NCBI GenBank assembly: GCA_951406725.2
Contig: OX597817.1
Coordinates: forward strand, 23,312,001-23,376,000
From: Octopus vulgaris
Lineage: Eukaryota
Direction: 5' to 3'
DNA length: 64,000 nucleotides
Shown piece after piece: positions 25,703-40,574 of the stretch; position 1 is the stretch's first letter, and each line of letters begins with the position of its first letter. A program made the translations under genes and the position numbers. A model generated the notes under the pieces. It did not search any database. It was not told where the DNA came from and saw only the letters and a program-made list of their open reading frames with translations.

Positions 25703-25972
25703 TATACATACATGAATCCATACATACACACGTACATACATGCATGCATACGTACGTACATACATACATACATACATACATACATACATACATACATACA
25801 TACATACGTACGTACGTACGTACGTACATACATACATACATACATACATACATACATACATTCATACATAATACATACATACATTCGTACGTACGTACGT
25901 ACATACATACATACATATATACATACATACATACATACATACATACACACATACGTACATACATGCATACAT
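25703..25972. repeat. (TACA)n/(TACG)n microsatellite
   Basis: Direct reading. Confidence 0.95.
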
Positions 25973-26389
25973 AATAGACAATGAATTTTCATTTGCACCT
26001 ATCAACATAGAGGCATTAGGTTATGTAACAACAAATTTGCACAAGAAAAATTTTGAAATACTCGCTTTCACGCGCAAAGAGCAGGGGAAATTGATGCGGA
26101 TTTTTTCATCCAATCTATTAGTAGCGCAATGAAAATTTGTAAGACGTTCCAAAGATTTTCCGTGTTAGATTTTTCTGTGAATGGATGCACTCACTTGTGT
26201 CTATACATCGACAGTACAACCAACACATCGACTCAGCGACATATTTAAAAACACCGGGAACTCTCTTAACTCAAAAGTCTTGCTCCTTTATCAGTAGTGA
26301 CCGACTTGAACACTCCTAAGAAGAAATTATATTAAACTAAAAAGAAAAAAAAAAACTACTTACATTGGCGCTTCTTTCCTAACAACATT

Positions 26390-26495
26390 GTTCTAGGTTC
26401 AGTCCTATTGTGTGTCATCTTGGGCAAGTGGCTTCTTATGTAGCATCGGGCCGACCAAACATTGTGCGCGACAAGTCTGTCCTATATTTGTGTGT

Positions 26496-26540
<45 letters not shown>

Positions 26541-26630
26541 TATATGTATGTGTGTTAGTCCTCCCCCTCCGCCATCGCTTGACAAATGTTGCTAGTATTT
26601 TTATGTCATCGTAAAACCTTTTAAGGCGGT
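26390..26630 (+). mobile_element. Degenerate SINE family C with expanded (TG)n
   Basis: GGTTCAGTCC...CTTGGGCAAGTG...GGGCCGACCAAA...CATCGCTTGACAA...AAGGCGGT. Confidence 0.75.
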
Positions 26631-26639
26631 AGTGCACGA

Positions 26640-27190
26640 CAAGACAAGGCCACAGTGTTTGAAGAAGACGGATCGCTAACTGTAGACCCTAGCAGGATAA
26701 CTGAGGTGCTAATAAAGAATTCGAAAGAGTTTTCCCTTCTCTCCAACAGGAAATATGCAAATAGTCAAGCCCGACGATTTTTACAATACCGCAGGTTTAC
26801 ATAGGAAGCAGGCAACCATCGTTTATATCAATATAAAAGCTGGTCTTTTAAAGATATGCTGAAAAGCTCTCACAAAAACACTTTAGATACTTTTTCAGAT
26901 ATTCCTTTCGTGCGGTAACTTTCCCAAATTGTTAGAAGGCGGAATAGGCTCTATCCATAAAGGAAGACGGAAGAATATTGTACGTGTTAGCAAAGCGATG
27001 GAAAGCATTGTAAAAAAGTGGCTGATCACATTACTGAAAGAAAATAACACACTCGCAAACACACAACATGGCTTCCGGGAGCAGATGCCTCAGACAAGCT
27101 ACAACAGCGTTATGACTAGGTACTGCAAAAGATGCTCAACCATTATTCAACATTCTGCCAATCAACTTCATAGATTTGAAAGGTGTAGAT
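26640..27190 (+). pseudogene. Degenerate CR1-group LINE RT fragment
   Basis: SKAMESIVKKWLITLLKENNTLANTQHGFRE matches the SKxxExxV...QHGFR RT motif; boundaries approximate. Confidence 0.7.
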
Positions 27191-29081
27191 GAGTAGGTCT
27201 TCCAAAAGCGTTTTGCCAAATTGTTATCGGCGATGTCAAATGAACCCATATCGCAGAAAGAGGAGGCAGAAAGAACTTCGTCGAACTCGTTACTTCCCCA
27301 GAAGTACACCAAGCCTCCGAAAGTTTCTCTTGTGTGCCCTGTTAGAAAATTCCCTTCAAACACCTTCACACACACTCACACATACGCGCGCACACACACA
27401 TTTGTATATTGAACAGGAAAAAGAACATTTGAAATAATCACTCCCAAAGCATTATTTTCGAAAACCTAAAAGAAACAAAATTAATTAAACTCTTGAGATT
27501 TTTCAGCAAGCTCACAAATATATAGATATGTTCCTGAGTCCAAAATATATGGTGATTCCCTACTGAAATGGATGGAAGTGATAAATAAATAATATTTATC
27601 CAAATTCTAATAACCTGAGCCTGTATGCAATATCAGGGCACGTTGGTAATATTCATATTTCCCTCCAATGTCTGGGAATATTGATCAAAATAATCTCAGA
27701 AAAGCATGAAGTACTGTATGCTTTTTATTACAGGATTTCCTGATCGGCGTGGTATGAGGCAATACTACAGCTATATCCGCAATACCTGCTGTTCTTCAGT
27801 TTTGAAATGATTGTCAGTTCAGTGTATGCCAATTCACTGTCCGTTAAACACTCTTAAATTTGTCTTAGCATAAGCCATATTAACGTCAACTTACTGTAGT
27901 ATTCTATGGTAATTTACATAGAGAATGTTTTCGCAACATATTTTGTAATCAATAAATCATGGAATTAATCATTATCAAGTGAACAAACTCGCGAGTCACA
28001 AGATCGACAGACAGATTCTACGTATTTATCATTGACTATAATGGAATGATGAAACATATGTATAAGTTAATTAAAGCAATGGCAGGTAGCAAGAAGTGAA
28101 AAATACCCTTCAAACCAAATCACGTAGGAATGGTAAAGCGATTAGAAACCGTTTCGCTAGAGAAAATAGGCTATCGTTTATCCATTCTATCGTGTATTGA
28201 TAAAGTGAAAGTTGTGAAAGACGATATTGAATGCAAACATTAAAGCAACCGGATTCGAAATTCCATTAAAAGAACAAAGAAACGCAAGCGTTAAATGTTG
28301 GATCAATATGGATTTAGCTATATTCTAAATGCAGCGAAAGAATGGGAATATCTCTAGAGGAAGTCAGTCTATTAAACGAGCCAATCAATAGCTCACGTAT
28401 TTCACTAATGAAGATATATTATTCTCTAAAAGCTCAAGTAAACAGTGCCTTAACTGTAGATGGAGATACTAACAAAGGCTCAAGACTTGGCAGATAACCA
28501 TTTCATATATAAAGGGCTACTTTAAAACTATACATAATCTGCAATGAATAAGCTTCTTTGGAGTCGTTTACAGAAACATTCTATTACTGCTTTATATAGA
28601 GCAGATTAGAGGGTTTCCACGGAACAGTGTAAAGAATTTGCGAGTATTGTTTATTTATTTAGAAGCGGAGAAGTTTGGAACACTCTCTGTTGGGTTGCCA
28701 AGAGAAAGGAAGTAATATAAAATGTTCTCGACGTAAATAGACAGCATCAAAGCTCAAACCGCCCGCTTGTTTATAGATTCTATTAAAAATCTTATTTAAT
28801 CACATTAAACTCATCTCTAGATACACTTCTAGATCTTGGTTAGATTTTGAATAGAGAATAAGCAACAGCATAGAGACGTAGAGAACTTTTCTAATAATGT
28901 ATGAAATATTAAAATGCACTTAGTTGCTTGACAATAAATTCAGGACATTCCCTACGCTCCGATTAAATACATTTTACAACATGATAGCCAGTATTCCGTT
29001 TCTGATTATCGTCATTGTGATGGCTGTTCTGATTAAAAGTTCATAACGAACACACATTAAGGGAACGATTATGGCTATTTT

Positions 29082-29330
29082 ATACTTGTATTTACTTGTA
29101 CTTGCGGCGGCATTCACCGGTGTTGCTTGAGCCGGATCCTACCGCAGAATCCACATCCGACAGTTGGCCTTAAACTTTCAGCACACAAAGTAATACTTCC
29201 ACCAACCGGTCGAAATTTCAGCTTGAAAATTCGACATATGCAAAACTGGTAGAGCAAGCTCATAGGATAGCGGTGACGTCAAAGCCATGGCCGCCATATG
29301 CTGTTCAAGAGTAGACTTCATGTTCACAGT
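29082..29330 (-). mobile_element. Possible RTE-like LINE 3' end
   Basis: GC-richer segment ending on the minus strand in ATGCCGCCG followed by CAAGTA-type repeats; no clean protein motif recovered. Confidence 0.3.
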
Positions 29331-29772
29331 TTTAGTGGGAATACAACTATACATATGATCCCCTATTACTTATTTACTTTGGGGTAGTGTGATTTGTAAC
29401 AGCTCATCTTGCCGTCGATTGTCGACCGTATTAGAGAATTTGCTGAGAATGTCACCACCAATTATTGTAGCATGCATAGCCTAGGTTTCAAATGGGTGGT
29501 ACACATGATAGTTAACTTGGAGCAGGGACTGTAATAGGTGCTAATATCCGGTACAAAGCAGAACGATTGTGGGTAGAGGTGATTCAGCACTCCTCAAAAC
29601 ATCTGAACTAGGGGCCCACACCGGATACAGTTTAAATCTTATTCATGAAAATGGTTATTCTATTTTTGCTTGAATTAGATTGAAATATATTCTGCCAGAC
29701 ACTTTCAGAAACATGAATTGATATATAATTGAATTACATTTAATTAATTTTAATATAACGACATATATTTAA

Positions 29773-30220
29773 GTCGGTGAGCTGGCATATTCGTTACCGC
29801 GCCGGGCAAAATGCTTAGCGGTATTTCAACCGCCTTTATCGAAGTTCAAATTCAACCATGGTCGACTTTGCATTTTATTATTTCGGGGTCGATTAAATAA
29901 GTACTAGGTAACCATTGGGGGTCTATGTATTCGAAATATACCTTCCTCGAAAATTCTGCTGTTTCTTCCTATAGCAGAAAGGAATATTAAGAAACGTATT
30001 TAAGGCAGTGTGCTGTCAGAATCCTTACTATACCGGGCAAAATGCTTAGCGCCATTTCGTTCGCCTTTATGCTCTGAGTTCAAATTCCGCCAAGATCGAC
30101 TTTGCCTTTCATTCTTTCTGGGTCGATAGAATAAATACCATTTGATCACAGGGATCAATAGAATTGACTTACTCTCACCTCACGAAACTGCCGGCTTTGT
30201 GACAAAATTTGAAACTAATA
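29773..30220 (+). mobile_element. Two adjacent diverged SINE family B copies
   Basis: Each has ...CCGGGCAAAATGCTTAGCG...GTTCAAATTC...TCGACTTTGC...GGGTCGAT; neither has the Tx1-type tail. Confidence 0.85.
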
Positions 30221-30981
30221 TTAAAATAGTATAGTTGTAGATCTGTGCGCACATATGCGTATGTATTTGTTGCCTTCTATTTTTTACTGTGTGATACAGT
30301 TTGAGAAATATTCAGAAACATTATTTTTGAATAATTACTCTGATCAGCCAAATATCGGAAAACTCAAATCTGCCAATATACCTCATTTGTAACTAACTGT
30401 TACGTAACACATTGAAACATATGTACTTGTATTAAATGCATTCGCAAATTCAGTATTCGGTTTCCGAGAAATTTAAAATTCTCTCTTCCTATCTCTCTCT
30501 CCTCCCCTATCTATCTATCTATCTATCTCCCTATCTATACACACAAACCCCTTCACACACACAACCACAAAACAAAAGCCCACTCACTCACACACAAACA
30601 TATATGAATATTAATAAAGAAAACTGTATGATGCTCATCGATTTACCGAACATACATGTTGCATATATGTAAAAATGCCGTACTAATTATACAGCAATTG
30701 TAGAACGCTATGCAATTCTGCACTTCATATTCTCGGTGTTCCACATTAAATGCAGTGTGGATCATCTGGTCGTAAAACAAATGCCAAATCCTTCACAGAC
30801 TCAAACCGCAGCGAATTAATAAATGCTATGGCAAAGGCCTCTTCCCGACTGTAAACTGCAGGTTATGAGATTGATGTATTAGATAGTACGCGCAAGAAAC
30901 CGATGGTTCTGTGGCCTGCAGCTACACAAAAATTAAAATATAAAGAGTTTGAGAACAAGGTTTGTAAAGTTATATATAAAA

Positions 30982-31377
30982 CTAGCAGTATCGCCCGGCG
31001 TTGCTCGGGTTTGTAAGGGAAATAACTATACAGCATTTTTAGATAGTTATAGCCAAAAATAGCAAAAAAATGCATTAAAAATGGAAAAAAAAATATGGTA
31101 ATTTTTTTTTTAAATCGTTGACTCATCGTAGACAATTTTAGAGAGTTACTTCCCTCATATAATAGCGACAAAATGCAGTAAAATTGAAAAAAATGATGGT
31201 AAATTATTTTTAAAATCGTAGACTCATCGTAGACGCGCGCTAATACCCAGAAGGGCTGGATATGAATCACGACTATAAGATACCCGGTTTTGGTTAAACT
31301 GCACCGCAAAATGTGGGAGTAGTTAGGAATCTAAATCGTAGGAGACAGACACACAACCTTACTTTTATATATAAAGA
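30982..31377 (-). mobile_element. Non-autonomous Helitron
   Basis: Minus strand A^TCTTTATATATAAAAG ... CCCGAGCAACGCCGGG ... CTAG^T; second copy at 41659-42051. Confidence 0.85.
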
Positions 31378-31379
31378 TG

Positions 31380-31670
31380 ACAAGATCTACAGAGGAAAAA
31401 CTGGGAAAGTTAGCAAGTTCAATATACGATATAGAATTGGAATTATTTGGAGTAAAAGAATATGGGGGCCGATCGACTAATGGTAAGTGTGGATCAAGTA
31501 GGAGGAACGGGAAAATGAATCACATGAGGTTGGAAAAGAACAGCCTAATAGAGCGATGAAAATATGCCGAGGTAGAAGCAAAAGAAAAGGCCTCGCGCCG
31601 CTGTACGAAGATTTAAAAATAAAACGACGCTATGTTCAACGAAATATTTGCCAACATGAGCGAAAAATAG
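31380..31670 (+). pseudogene. RLE-clade (HERO/NeSL-like) non-LTR ORF remnant upstream of RT
   Basis: EEKLGKLASSIYDIELELFGVKE...SRR..KMNHMRLEK...GLAPLYEDLK resembles the pre-RT region of such elements (recalled pattern). Confidence 0.45.
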
Positions 31671-34600
31671 AAAACACCTGGATAAAACTGCACTTGTATG
31701 CATTCATGTGCATATATTAATGCAGTAATATTTTGCGTGTAAACTTTATGTTTATAAGTGTAGACTTATATTATACACATTTGATTAGATTCTATATTCA
31801 GCAGCATGATGACACTCATGTATGAATGACAAAATACTGCTTACGTGTTTTCTCTGTCCAATTGTGATAGAAACTACAGAACACCAATATTTCATGCAAT
31901 CTCAAACGGATCCAGTTAACGCTTGAGGTTTACAGACAGAATAAGAGCGTAATTTTCTTGAGCAGTACACTTTATACAAGCTATTAAATTGGGTTTCGAT
32001 TGAAGATGTAATGAATAGCAAGTAAATGTCTCGTGGGAAATCTTCGGTCACGGGAATGAAATTTCTTTCAGATGTCTTATATACTAAGGTAGTACTTGGA
32101 AGGATAATGTTCGAGAATCCAAATTTTCAATATCGTTTTCCGATAGATATAATGGTTACCAATTTAAGAGTCCTCAGTGGAAATCTAACATATCATTCAT
32201 CAACTTAAGGCTTATTGCTTTATAATAGAATTCCCAATGACATAGTTTCTTGAAATCCTAATACACAACGTGTATTATATGCGTTTCACTCGGATGTAAT
32301 ATCCTGTACTGAAGCACACATTCCTTAGTAACACAGAGACTGGTCAAAGTTATATGTTATTGCAACAGTAGTTATTGCTGATTTTGGTCCTTATGTCGCT
32401 TTTGATTTTATTGCAGTTTTCCTTCATAAAAAATATCTAATATATTGGGATGTTACGATATATATTTCACTATTAACGATAAAACTGAAACTTGGTTCAT
32501 AGCCAAACACGATATAAACAAGCAAAAAACTGAAGTTAATATCTTTCCTTCTTTGTAGGGTGTTGTGTTATTTTCCAGTAAGGTGTATGAAATATGTTAT
32601 TAGTTCATTGATAACTGGAAAGTAAATCAGTCTGTCGAACACTTCGTATTTTGTACGTGAAAATCAATGAAGGAATGGATGCGATTATATTCTTGAACCA
32701 GCAAGATTTTCATAGTAAAAGCAAAGTAAATATGATTTTTCCTCAATATCAACATATTGAATTGCCAACTTTTGAACAGCTATTGCTTTTAGGTTATTCG
32801 AGAAGGTGGATACAATACAGAATGTAACAATAGTTTTCGAAAAGATATCGCTCCGAAATTAATAAAGGTAAATTTCTTCTCATGCTCAAATAATCCATGA
32901 GGTAGGCTATTATCATTACTTTTAGAATATTGGTAGTAACAAAGTCAGCTAATACATAAAATGGTTACAGTTTATTGAACAAGTAAACATCCCCTGTGAA
33001 AAATAGTGTGTAACATCAATGCATGTTTATTCACTCTTAGAGCAGATACCTTTCGTTTCATTCCTTTCCGAACTTATAATGAATATGTAAAAATATGTAT
33101 TATATGAAACATCTCCTGTAACAATAGACAACTCCGGTAAAAGATGTAATAGTGCATGGTCATACGAAATGGGTTTTTTTATTGCGCAATGGAGTCCTTG
33201 ATATGTAGGAATATGAGATTTTGATTATAACAATAGAATTACAATAAATTGATGCAAAACTTCTAAAACTTTTAATTTAAGTCACTCTACGACTGTAGAC
33301 GGTTGTTAAATCATTGTGGATTAGAAATATCTTCATTTAAGTAATATTTGTACAATTTCTGAAAATCCTAAAATGGTATTGAATTAAAGAAATTGAAAAA
33401 AAAAAACAAACAATAAATATGATGAAGAAAATTCTAAAGTAATGCTGCTGTGAATATGAACTAAAAAATAAGTAATCTCTGATCTATTTATTACATTTCT
33501 GACTGGCACACATTTCTTGGATTCACAACTAGAAAATTTATTGATTTAATTATTCAATTCATTTTTGGGGCGTTAGAAATATTTTCAGAATATTTTCTTG
33601 TTGCTATTTTGAAATGCTAAATGAATAATAAAACCAAATGTCAAGGATTGAAAGTGTTAAAACCGTATGTTACATTTTAAGTAGACATATTTTTACGCTG
33701 AAATCTGGTTCAAATAATATAAAAGCAACCGTTATTTCTGGTTTAATGTTAATCTCTGCTTAATGAAACCTTATAAAATATCTATTTCTGGTGAATGCTA
33801 AATCCATAAAAGACAGTGCAGCAACTGATATATTTTAAAGAAAATTACAGAGAATTAATGGCATATGACAATAACTTAAATACAATTGTATAAATATACC
33901 TCTTTATATTTATTTTTCCTTCTTTTATGGTAAGCCGTGCCAAAGAGTATTATTATAGGTCTGAGAAGAGAAAAATGATTATTTGAAATAGATATAATTA
34001 GAAACATAGAGAGAAATATCGATCGCACACACATCGGAAAAAATATACATACATAAACAACTGGCCACGTAATTTGCAGATAAAAAGCAGGAATATTTCA
34101 TTATAAGGGATAATACAGTTTATGTAAAATTTACCTTAATATACCCAAACCGATATCGCCATGATATTCAGAATGGTCAGTTTGCTGTCCGAATATCAAT
34201 CGCTTTACACTGAATGCTATTAAAAAAAATCTGTAAAACATCAATTAATGTGGTGTGTGATCGAGTACAGAGAGGACGTTCTGATCACTTCCATTTTGTG
34301 CATTGAGTGCAAAGTGGAATATTCGTTCGAAACCTGCTCAGGTAATTGGATACAACATCTGAGGTTAAAGGGTGATTTGCTTCTGAAACAGACCTGATAA
34401 GTGGAATAAATGAAATGATAAAAGGAATATAATGATATTTATTCGAACGTTTATGACAAGAGAAAAAAATATTTAAACGGTAACGAACATTACTCAGTTG
34501 CAGATAGGAAGATAGGCCAATAAAGTAAGGTTGAAAGATCAGAAAACGTTTGTTACTTTCATGATTTGAGAGATTTCGTTAATTGTGGTTTCGCAACTGT

Positions 34601-35321
34601 AGGAACAAGCATTCAGCAAGAATGTGGAGGAGCAACCGGACTCAGTGTAATATAAGTTGCTTCATATAAGCGGTGCAGCTATAATTAACCATCACGTTAA
34701 GCCTATCGAATATCACGCTATATTATAGGGTTTATGGTGAGTCATTATTCCTTATACATATGAAGGTGTTTGCTCTATATTATTTAGTGTTTAGTTATAC
34801 GCCATTTCAACCGCAGTTGGAGGTATACACAATATTCATTTTAAGACCTTTTGTACAATAGCATAGATCTGACAAATTTCTATTTTAGATTTTTGAATAC
34901 CCAAGACGCGTGGAATGATCGAAATACTTCTATTTGTAATGTGCATCAGGTTTCCTAAATAGTTCTATAGGCTAGTGTATATATACGACAGGGAAAATCA
35001 GAATCTTAAGCAGGGTTAATTTTGTCGCCATATTTACTCCAAGGTTAAAAATGTGTAAAGGTTGTATATTTCATTACTGTGTAGTGTTCTTCCTATTGCC
35101 TTTTTTTTTTTAGAGATTATAACGTATACACATACACATACTCATGCACACTTTTGACGCACAAGCACATACACTCTCACACACACACACAATATAATAT
35201 TTTGTTGGTATAAAAGATGAAAACATCGGATAGTTATAACACGTAATAACTGGCCCGCCAAATGAAACTTCAATTAGTTTAGGAAATATCAAATAATACG
35301 ATTATAATACTTAGATATGTA

Positions 35322-35713
35322 CTGGATCGAAGCACTCCGTCGGTTACGACGACGAGGGTTCCGGTTGATCCGAATCAATGGAACAGCCTGCTCGTGAAAT
35401 TAACGTGTAAGTGGCTGAGCACTCCACAGACACGTGTGCACCCTTAACGTAGTTCTCGGGGATATTCAGCGTGACACAGAGAGTGACAAGGCCGGCCCCA
35501 TGAAATACAGGTACAACAGAAACAAGAAGTAAGAGTAAGAGAAAGTTGTGGTGAAAGAGTACAGCAGGGATCACCACCACCCCCTGCCGGAGCATCGTGA
35601 AGCTTTTAGGTGTTTTCGCTCAATAAACACTCACAACGCCCGGTCTGGGAATCGAAACCGCGATCCTATGACCGCGAGTCCGCTGCTCTAACCACTGGGC
35701 CATTGCGCCTCCA
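35322..35713 (-). mobile_element. Full-length tRNA-derived SINE family A
   Basis: Head TGGAGGCGCAATGGCCCAGTGG...GGTTTCGATTCC; closely similar to 4774-5093 with extra 3' tail. Confidence 0.9.
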
Positions 35714-36192
35714 CTTAAATATGTACTATTCCAGTTCAAAAATTATTCATTACAGTGCTCTCTTTTTTTCATTTTTGTACATTCTAGAAAACTTTGAAGT
35801 TAAAATTTCCATCAACTTTAAAGAATGTGTTGTATTATTGGAGAAGCTTATTTTGAACGTCAATATCGCAAGCCTTAATACTATAAGCATACTACTATTA
35901 ATTATGTTATTTTAGATAATGCAGAACATTCTCAAAACATTACTGTGTATTTCAGACTGTGAGAATGTGAGAGAATATATGGGTGTATCGTCATTGCACA
36001 GTCGAAAAATCTTACACTTCCTGAAATAAATTCATTGTAAGAGGTGCATTAATTCTTTTTTAAGAATTACTGCGCATTATAAGTATAGATCCTTCACAAT
36101 ATTCGCTAAAGTATCCACAGCAATGCACTATTAAAATCACCCGCTCTCGCCATTTACAACATATACACACCTCCGTCATAAAAATATATGTA

Positions 36193-36569
36193 CACTTGCG
36201 TCAGAAATTAATTAGCACTTCTCAAATTTCTACATTAAATAGGTTAAATCAATTAACCTATGAGCTGTTCAAAACGTCTTACGCGATGAGAAAACTTAGT
36301 ATGGTGTGATTTCGGTCCTTGCGAGGCGCTACCTATATCTATTAAACAAAGGAAGATTTGTCTGCATCCGCACTCCAAGTTGTTGCACTGCTATGTCAAC
36401 ATCATAAGGCTGTAGACTCTCAAACTGCTCTGCAAACAAAGTTACGTCATCGTTCTGCGCAACAGTGAACTCGCAACAAAGCAATAGTTCGAGATATGGC
36501 CACTAGGTGACAGCACATACCTTGAGTGAAGAGCAAATCAAGGGTGCTAATTAATTTCTGACGGTAGTG
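36193..36569. mobile_element. Tc1/mariner MITE
   Basis: 26-bp TIRs CACT(TG/AC)CGTCAGAAATTAATTAGCAC (24/26), TA on both sides. Confidence 0.9.
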
Positions 36570-37152
36570 TACACTCCAGTCTTTGCTTTTCATTTTTGAA
36601 TCAATAAAAATCTTCCGTTCCCCGCCGACTTGTTAACAGACCCTTTTTAAACCAGTTACCCCCTATTACATAGACATTGTTTTAAAATTTATGCTTTAGT
36701 TGCACCGTTCATTTAGACAATCTCTACGCATGAAGATTCTGAAACAGGTTCCCTTAATTTTGAATGTTTAAATCTTCGTTTTGGTTGAGATCACACCTTC
36801 TTAGCTGAACGTTCCTGTTATAAATCATAGACCTTTTAAAGGTTATTGTATATCATTTTATTTTCAGAATGTTAATTTTATATGCAATTCATGTCCTGCA
36901 TTGAAGGACAGGGAGACTAAAGGAAATACCATTCAATAAATTTAGATATATACGATTGTATTAATTTCAAAAAGAACTAAGCAAGACTCTGCTAATTCAT
37001 GAATAGTTTGCTTCTGTTTGCATATATAAACCTGGGTTAATCGCTTTTCATTTCCTTTCCAAGTTTATTTGGTATGTTGTCTTTAGTTTCACCGCATGTA
37101 AACTGATTTAGTGGACGTGTCACGAAAGATTTTGCCTCATGAACATCCCCAC

Positions 37153-37928
37153 GTTTTGTCATACATCAGGTATTACATAGTCATTGTTGAACAGTTTTAA
37201 AATTGTATGTGTATGAGTTTTGGGAGATTTCGCTACAAGTTTTGTCATACATCAGGTATTACATAGTCATCGTTGAACAGTTTTAAAATTGTATGTGTAT
37301 GAGTTTTGGGAGATTTCGCTACAAGTTTTGTCATACATCAGGTATTACATAGTCATTGTTGAACAGTTTTAAAATTGTATGTGTATAAGTTTTGGGAGAT
37401 TTCACTACAGGTTTTGTCATACATCAGGTATTACATAGTCATTGTTGGACAGTTTTAAAATTGTATGTGTATGAGTTTTGGGAGATTTCGCTACAAGTTT
37501 TGTCATACATCAGGTATTACATAGTCATTGTTCGTTGAACAGTTTTAAAATTGTATGTGTATGAGTTTTGGGAGATTTCGCTACAAGTTTTGTCATACAT
37601 CAGGTATTACATAGTCATTGTTGGACAGTTTTAAAATTGTATGTGTATAAGTTTTGGGAGATTCCACTACAGGTTTTGTCATACATCAGGTATTACATAG
37701 TCATTGTTGAACCGTTTTAAAATTGTATGTGTATGAATTTTGGGAGATTTCGCTACAAGTTTTGTCATACATCAGGTATTACATAGTCATTGTTGAACAG
37801 TTTTAAAATTGTATGTGTATGAGTTTTGGGAGATTTCGCTACAAGTTTTGTCATACATCAGGTATTACATAGTCATTGTTGAACAGTTTTAAAATTGTAT
37901 GTGTATGAGTTTTGGGAGATTTCGCTAC
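37153..37928. repeat. 86-bp minisatellite, 9 copies
   Basis: Units start 37153, 37239, 37325, 37411, 37497, 37587, 37673, 37759, 37845; unit 5 has a 4-bp insertion; no unique spacers. Confidence 0.97.
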
Positions 37929-39554
37929 TAGGTTTGCCTTGGGTTACACTACTAGGTCTGTCTGCCTTACAAGTCTAGAACTTAGGGTGATTGGATAGCA
38001 GTGAGTTATTTTACGTAGATTTTGATAGTTAATTCTAGTAGATTGGGTGATTACGGCTCAACGTTTAGATAAAATACCGTACTACTCGCAATATTTGTCC
38101 ATTCGCTTGTACGCGAGTGCTACAGATACTTGTCATCGATCATTGTCTAATGTAAAAGTCAACAGTATTGTATATTTTCAACAGACACTATTTCCGCCTA
38201 TTGTCTTCTCTTCTTTCGATGTGCATGTTTCAGTCTTTGTTACACCTGTTTCTTTTATTTTCTGACTTATTTTCATTTCAGTATTGCAGCCGTATTAAAA
38301 GGTATAGGACAAAGAAGTCCTACATATACAAAGAGACTGGTCACTGCTGGAATGAATTCACTGATTGCTCTGTTCTACTATTTGTCATACTTTATAGTAT
38401 TTACGCATTTGTACGTGACTAAACAATTCTCAAACTTCTTTGCACATTTTATACTTTGGAGTTGGTGCAGTAGTTTAACATTTTCTATGAAATCTATTTG
38501 TACAAGATGTATTTTCATATATATTTCCATTTCCACTTGCTTTCTCTCCAAACCTTCAGTCAGTCTTATCCAGAAGCAACAGCTGATAAAACTATCAGAA
38601 CATAAGAGGAAGAAATAATTATAACTTTATCTGCGTTGAAAAGAAAGAGTGCAGAAAAAGAACATTTAACCACAAACCACACTTTAATAATTTGCAATTA
38701 AAATTCTCCACTTCTTCTGGGAATTGCTAAAGTAATATCTCCAATTCAGTGAAACGTCATTCTCAAAAGTTATAGCTGTTCAATCCCTTTATGAACACGT
38801 TTTTAATAACAATCCTTCCTCATTTTCATTGCTGGAATAGATTTACTAAGATATTTACGCTCAATTCTTTGTCATTTCTGACAAGTGTATGTTATACACA
38901 CATATGTATATTCATAAAAGCTAGGATGTACAAAGAAAAAGTAATGTATACAAATCCTGGAAAAGTCAGCTTCACATTTCCTTCTAACAGATTATCAAAG
39001 TATTAAGGAAGTATTGTGGCGATTTATATTGTTATATTGCATCTTAGATGCAAACAGAAAACAGATAATATATTAAACATAACTGTTTTCGCTATACTTC
39101 GAAGTTACAGTTAAGTGACGAAACTCCTAAATATCGATGCAGTCGCTTTGAGGCTCACCGTATTAGTTATATTAGCGAAATTCTACCATCTTCAACATTT
39201 GCTAATGAGATATCTAGCATTCAAAAGGTGACATAATCACACCTGAGTAGACATGCAGACTTCAAACTCTCCAGTAACGTGCAATATGGACCATGTTTTT
39301 CTCAAATAACACATCCAGTAACCTTTAAAATATGAACGATAATTGGTGAACATTATCTGGTGTTACAGCCAATTGACAGACATGATACAAGGATGGCCGT
39401 CGATGGAATGGTATTCATAATAATTCTCGACCAGAATTCACATGAGGCAAAAAGCAACAACTTCATTACTTTCAACGTCTCTAATAATAAAATCGACTTT
39501 CTTTGGTAAAAATGGAATACTTATGTTGCTAAACGTGTCTAGTCTCATTTACTC

Positions 39555-40199
39555 CTTTTCACCTTCGGCCCAGTGCGTCCATGCTGCCAACAAAGCACGC
39601 GGAATTCTGTTCTTGATTCGACGGTCATTCGGAATGCTCACAGCAGCCATATTCCTACCACCCTATGTCACGCCGCTGAGACTCATATTGGAGTACGGGA
39701 TTCAAGCCTCTTCTCCTTATCTCCTCAAAGACATACAGCATCTCGAAAGAGTCCAGAAGCTGGCTACCCGCATGGTTCTTGGTCTCAAGAATTTGTCTTA
39801 TGAAGAAAGGCTGAAGACGCTCGACCTTTATTCTCTAGAAAAACGACGATGCCGTGGAGATCTCATTCTTGCTCACAACATCATAAGCGGAAAGTGTAAG
39901 CTCTCGAAAGAGCTGTTCTTCACTCCTGCTCCAGAGCGTCGGCTGCGGGGTCACTCCGAAAACCTCTATCTGCGACGATTTCATCTCAATCGAAGGAGAG
40001 GGGCTTTCTCCGTCCGGGTTGCGGATCCGTGGAATAAGCTGCCAGACGAGATGGTGAAGATGCCTACGACCGCTCGGTTCAAAGTCTCCCTTGACCTCAA
40101 GTGGCCTGAACTCTTTACATGAACACCACCCTGTACATAACTCCATGTCCCCCTACATGGCCTTGATTTTTGCTTTTTGAGCCAAAAAATTAACTAACT
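39555..40199 (+). mobile_element. CR1 LINE 3' fragment with open ORF2 C-terminus
   Basis: LEYGIQASSPYLLKDIQHLERVQKLATRMV...LSYEERL...RRCRGDLI...RGH...FSVRV..WNKLP; 3' hairpin CCATGT-CCCCT-ACATGG; (TAAC)n tail. Confidence 0.95.
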
Positions 40200-40574
40200 C
40201 ACATTTTAGAGAGTTTATGTTGCCACTAAAGAGGCGTTTGTATTACACTTTGCATTCAAATGTATAACTGGCATTCGATATCAAATGGTGCTTATATAGT
40301 TCATATTTTTACTGAGTGATAATAGTTCAAACTTCAAATGTGTACTCATATTTATATTCTATATATTTTGATATTTTGTTGAACAGTTGCAATGTAGATT
40401 CATAGTTTCTATAAACACGTGTATATGTATTTCAATATATATTAAGCATTCCTGTACGTCAACGAAGAGGTAAACAAAAGCTGTCAATCACGCACAGAAA
40501 CACATACACTATATATAAATCTGTGTTTGCAACTGCAGGTTCATATGTGTATGTGTAATTACTTGCAGTATATA

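Noticed and set aside
37153-37928. CRISPR-like array
   Set aside because: Units are contiguous near-identical 86-mers with no unique spacers; eukaryotic context and no cas genes.
38047-38618. Possible host exons after polypyrimidine-AG sites
   Set aside because: Short ORFs with no recognisable motif; cannot be supported without transcript data.
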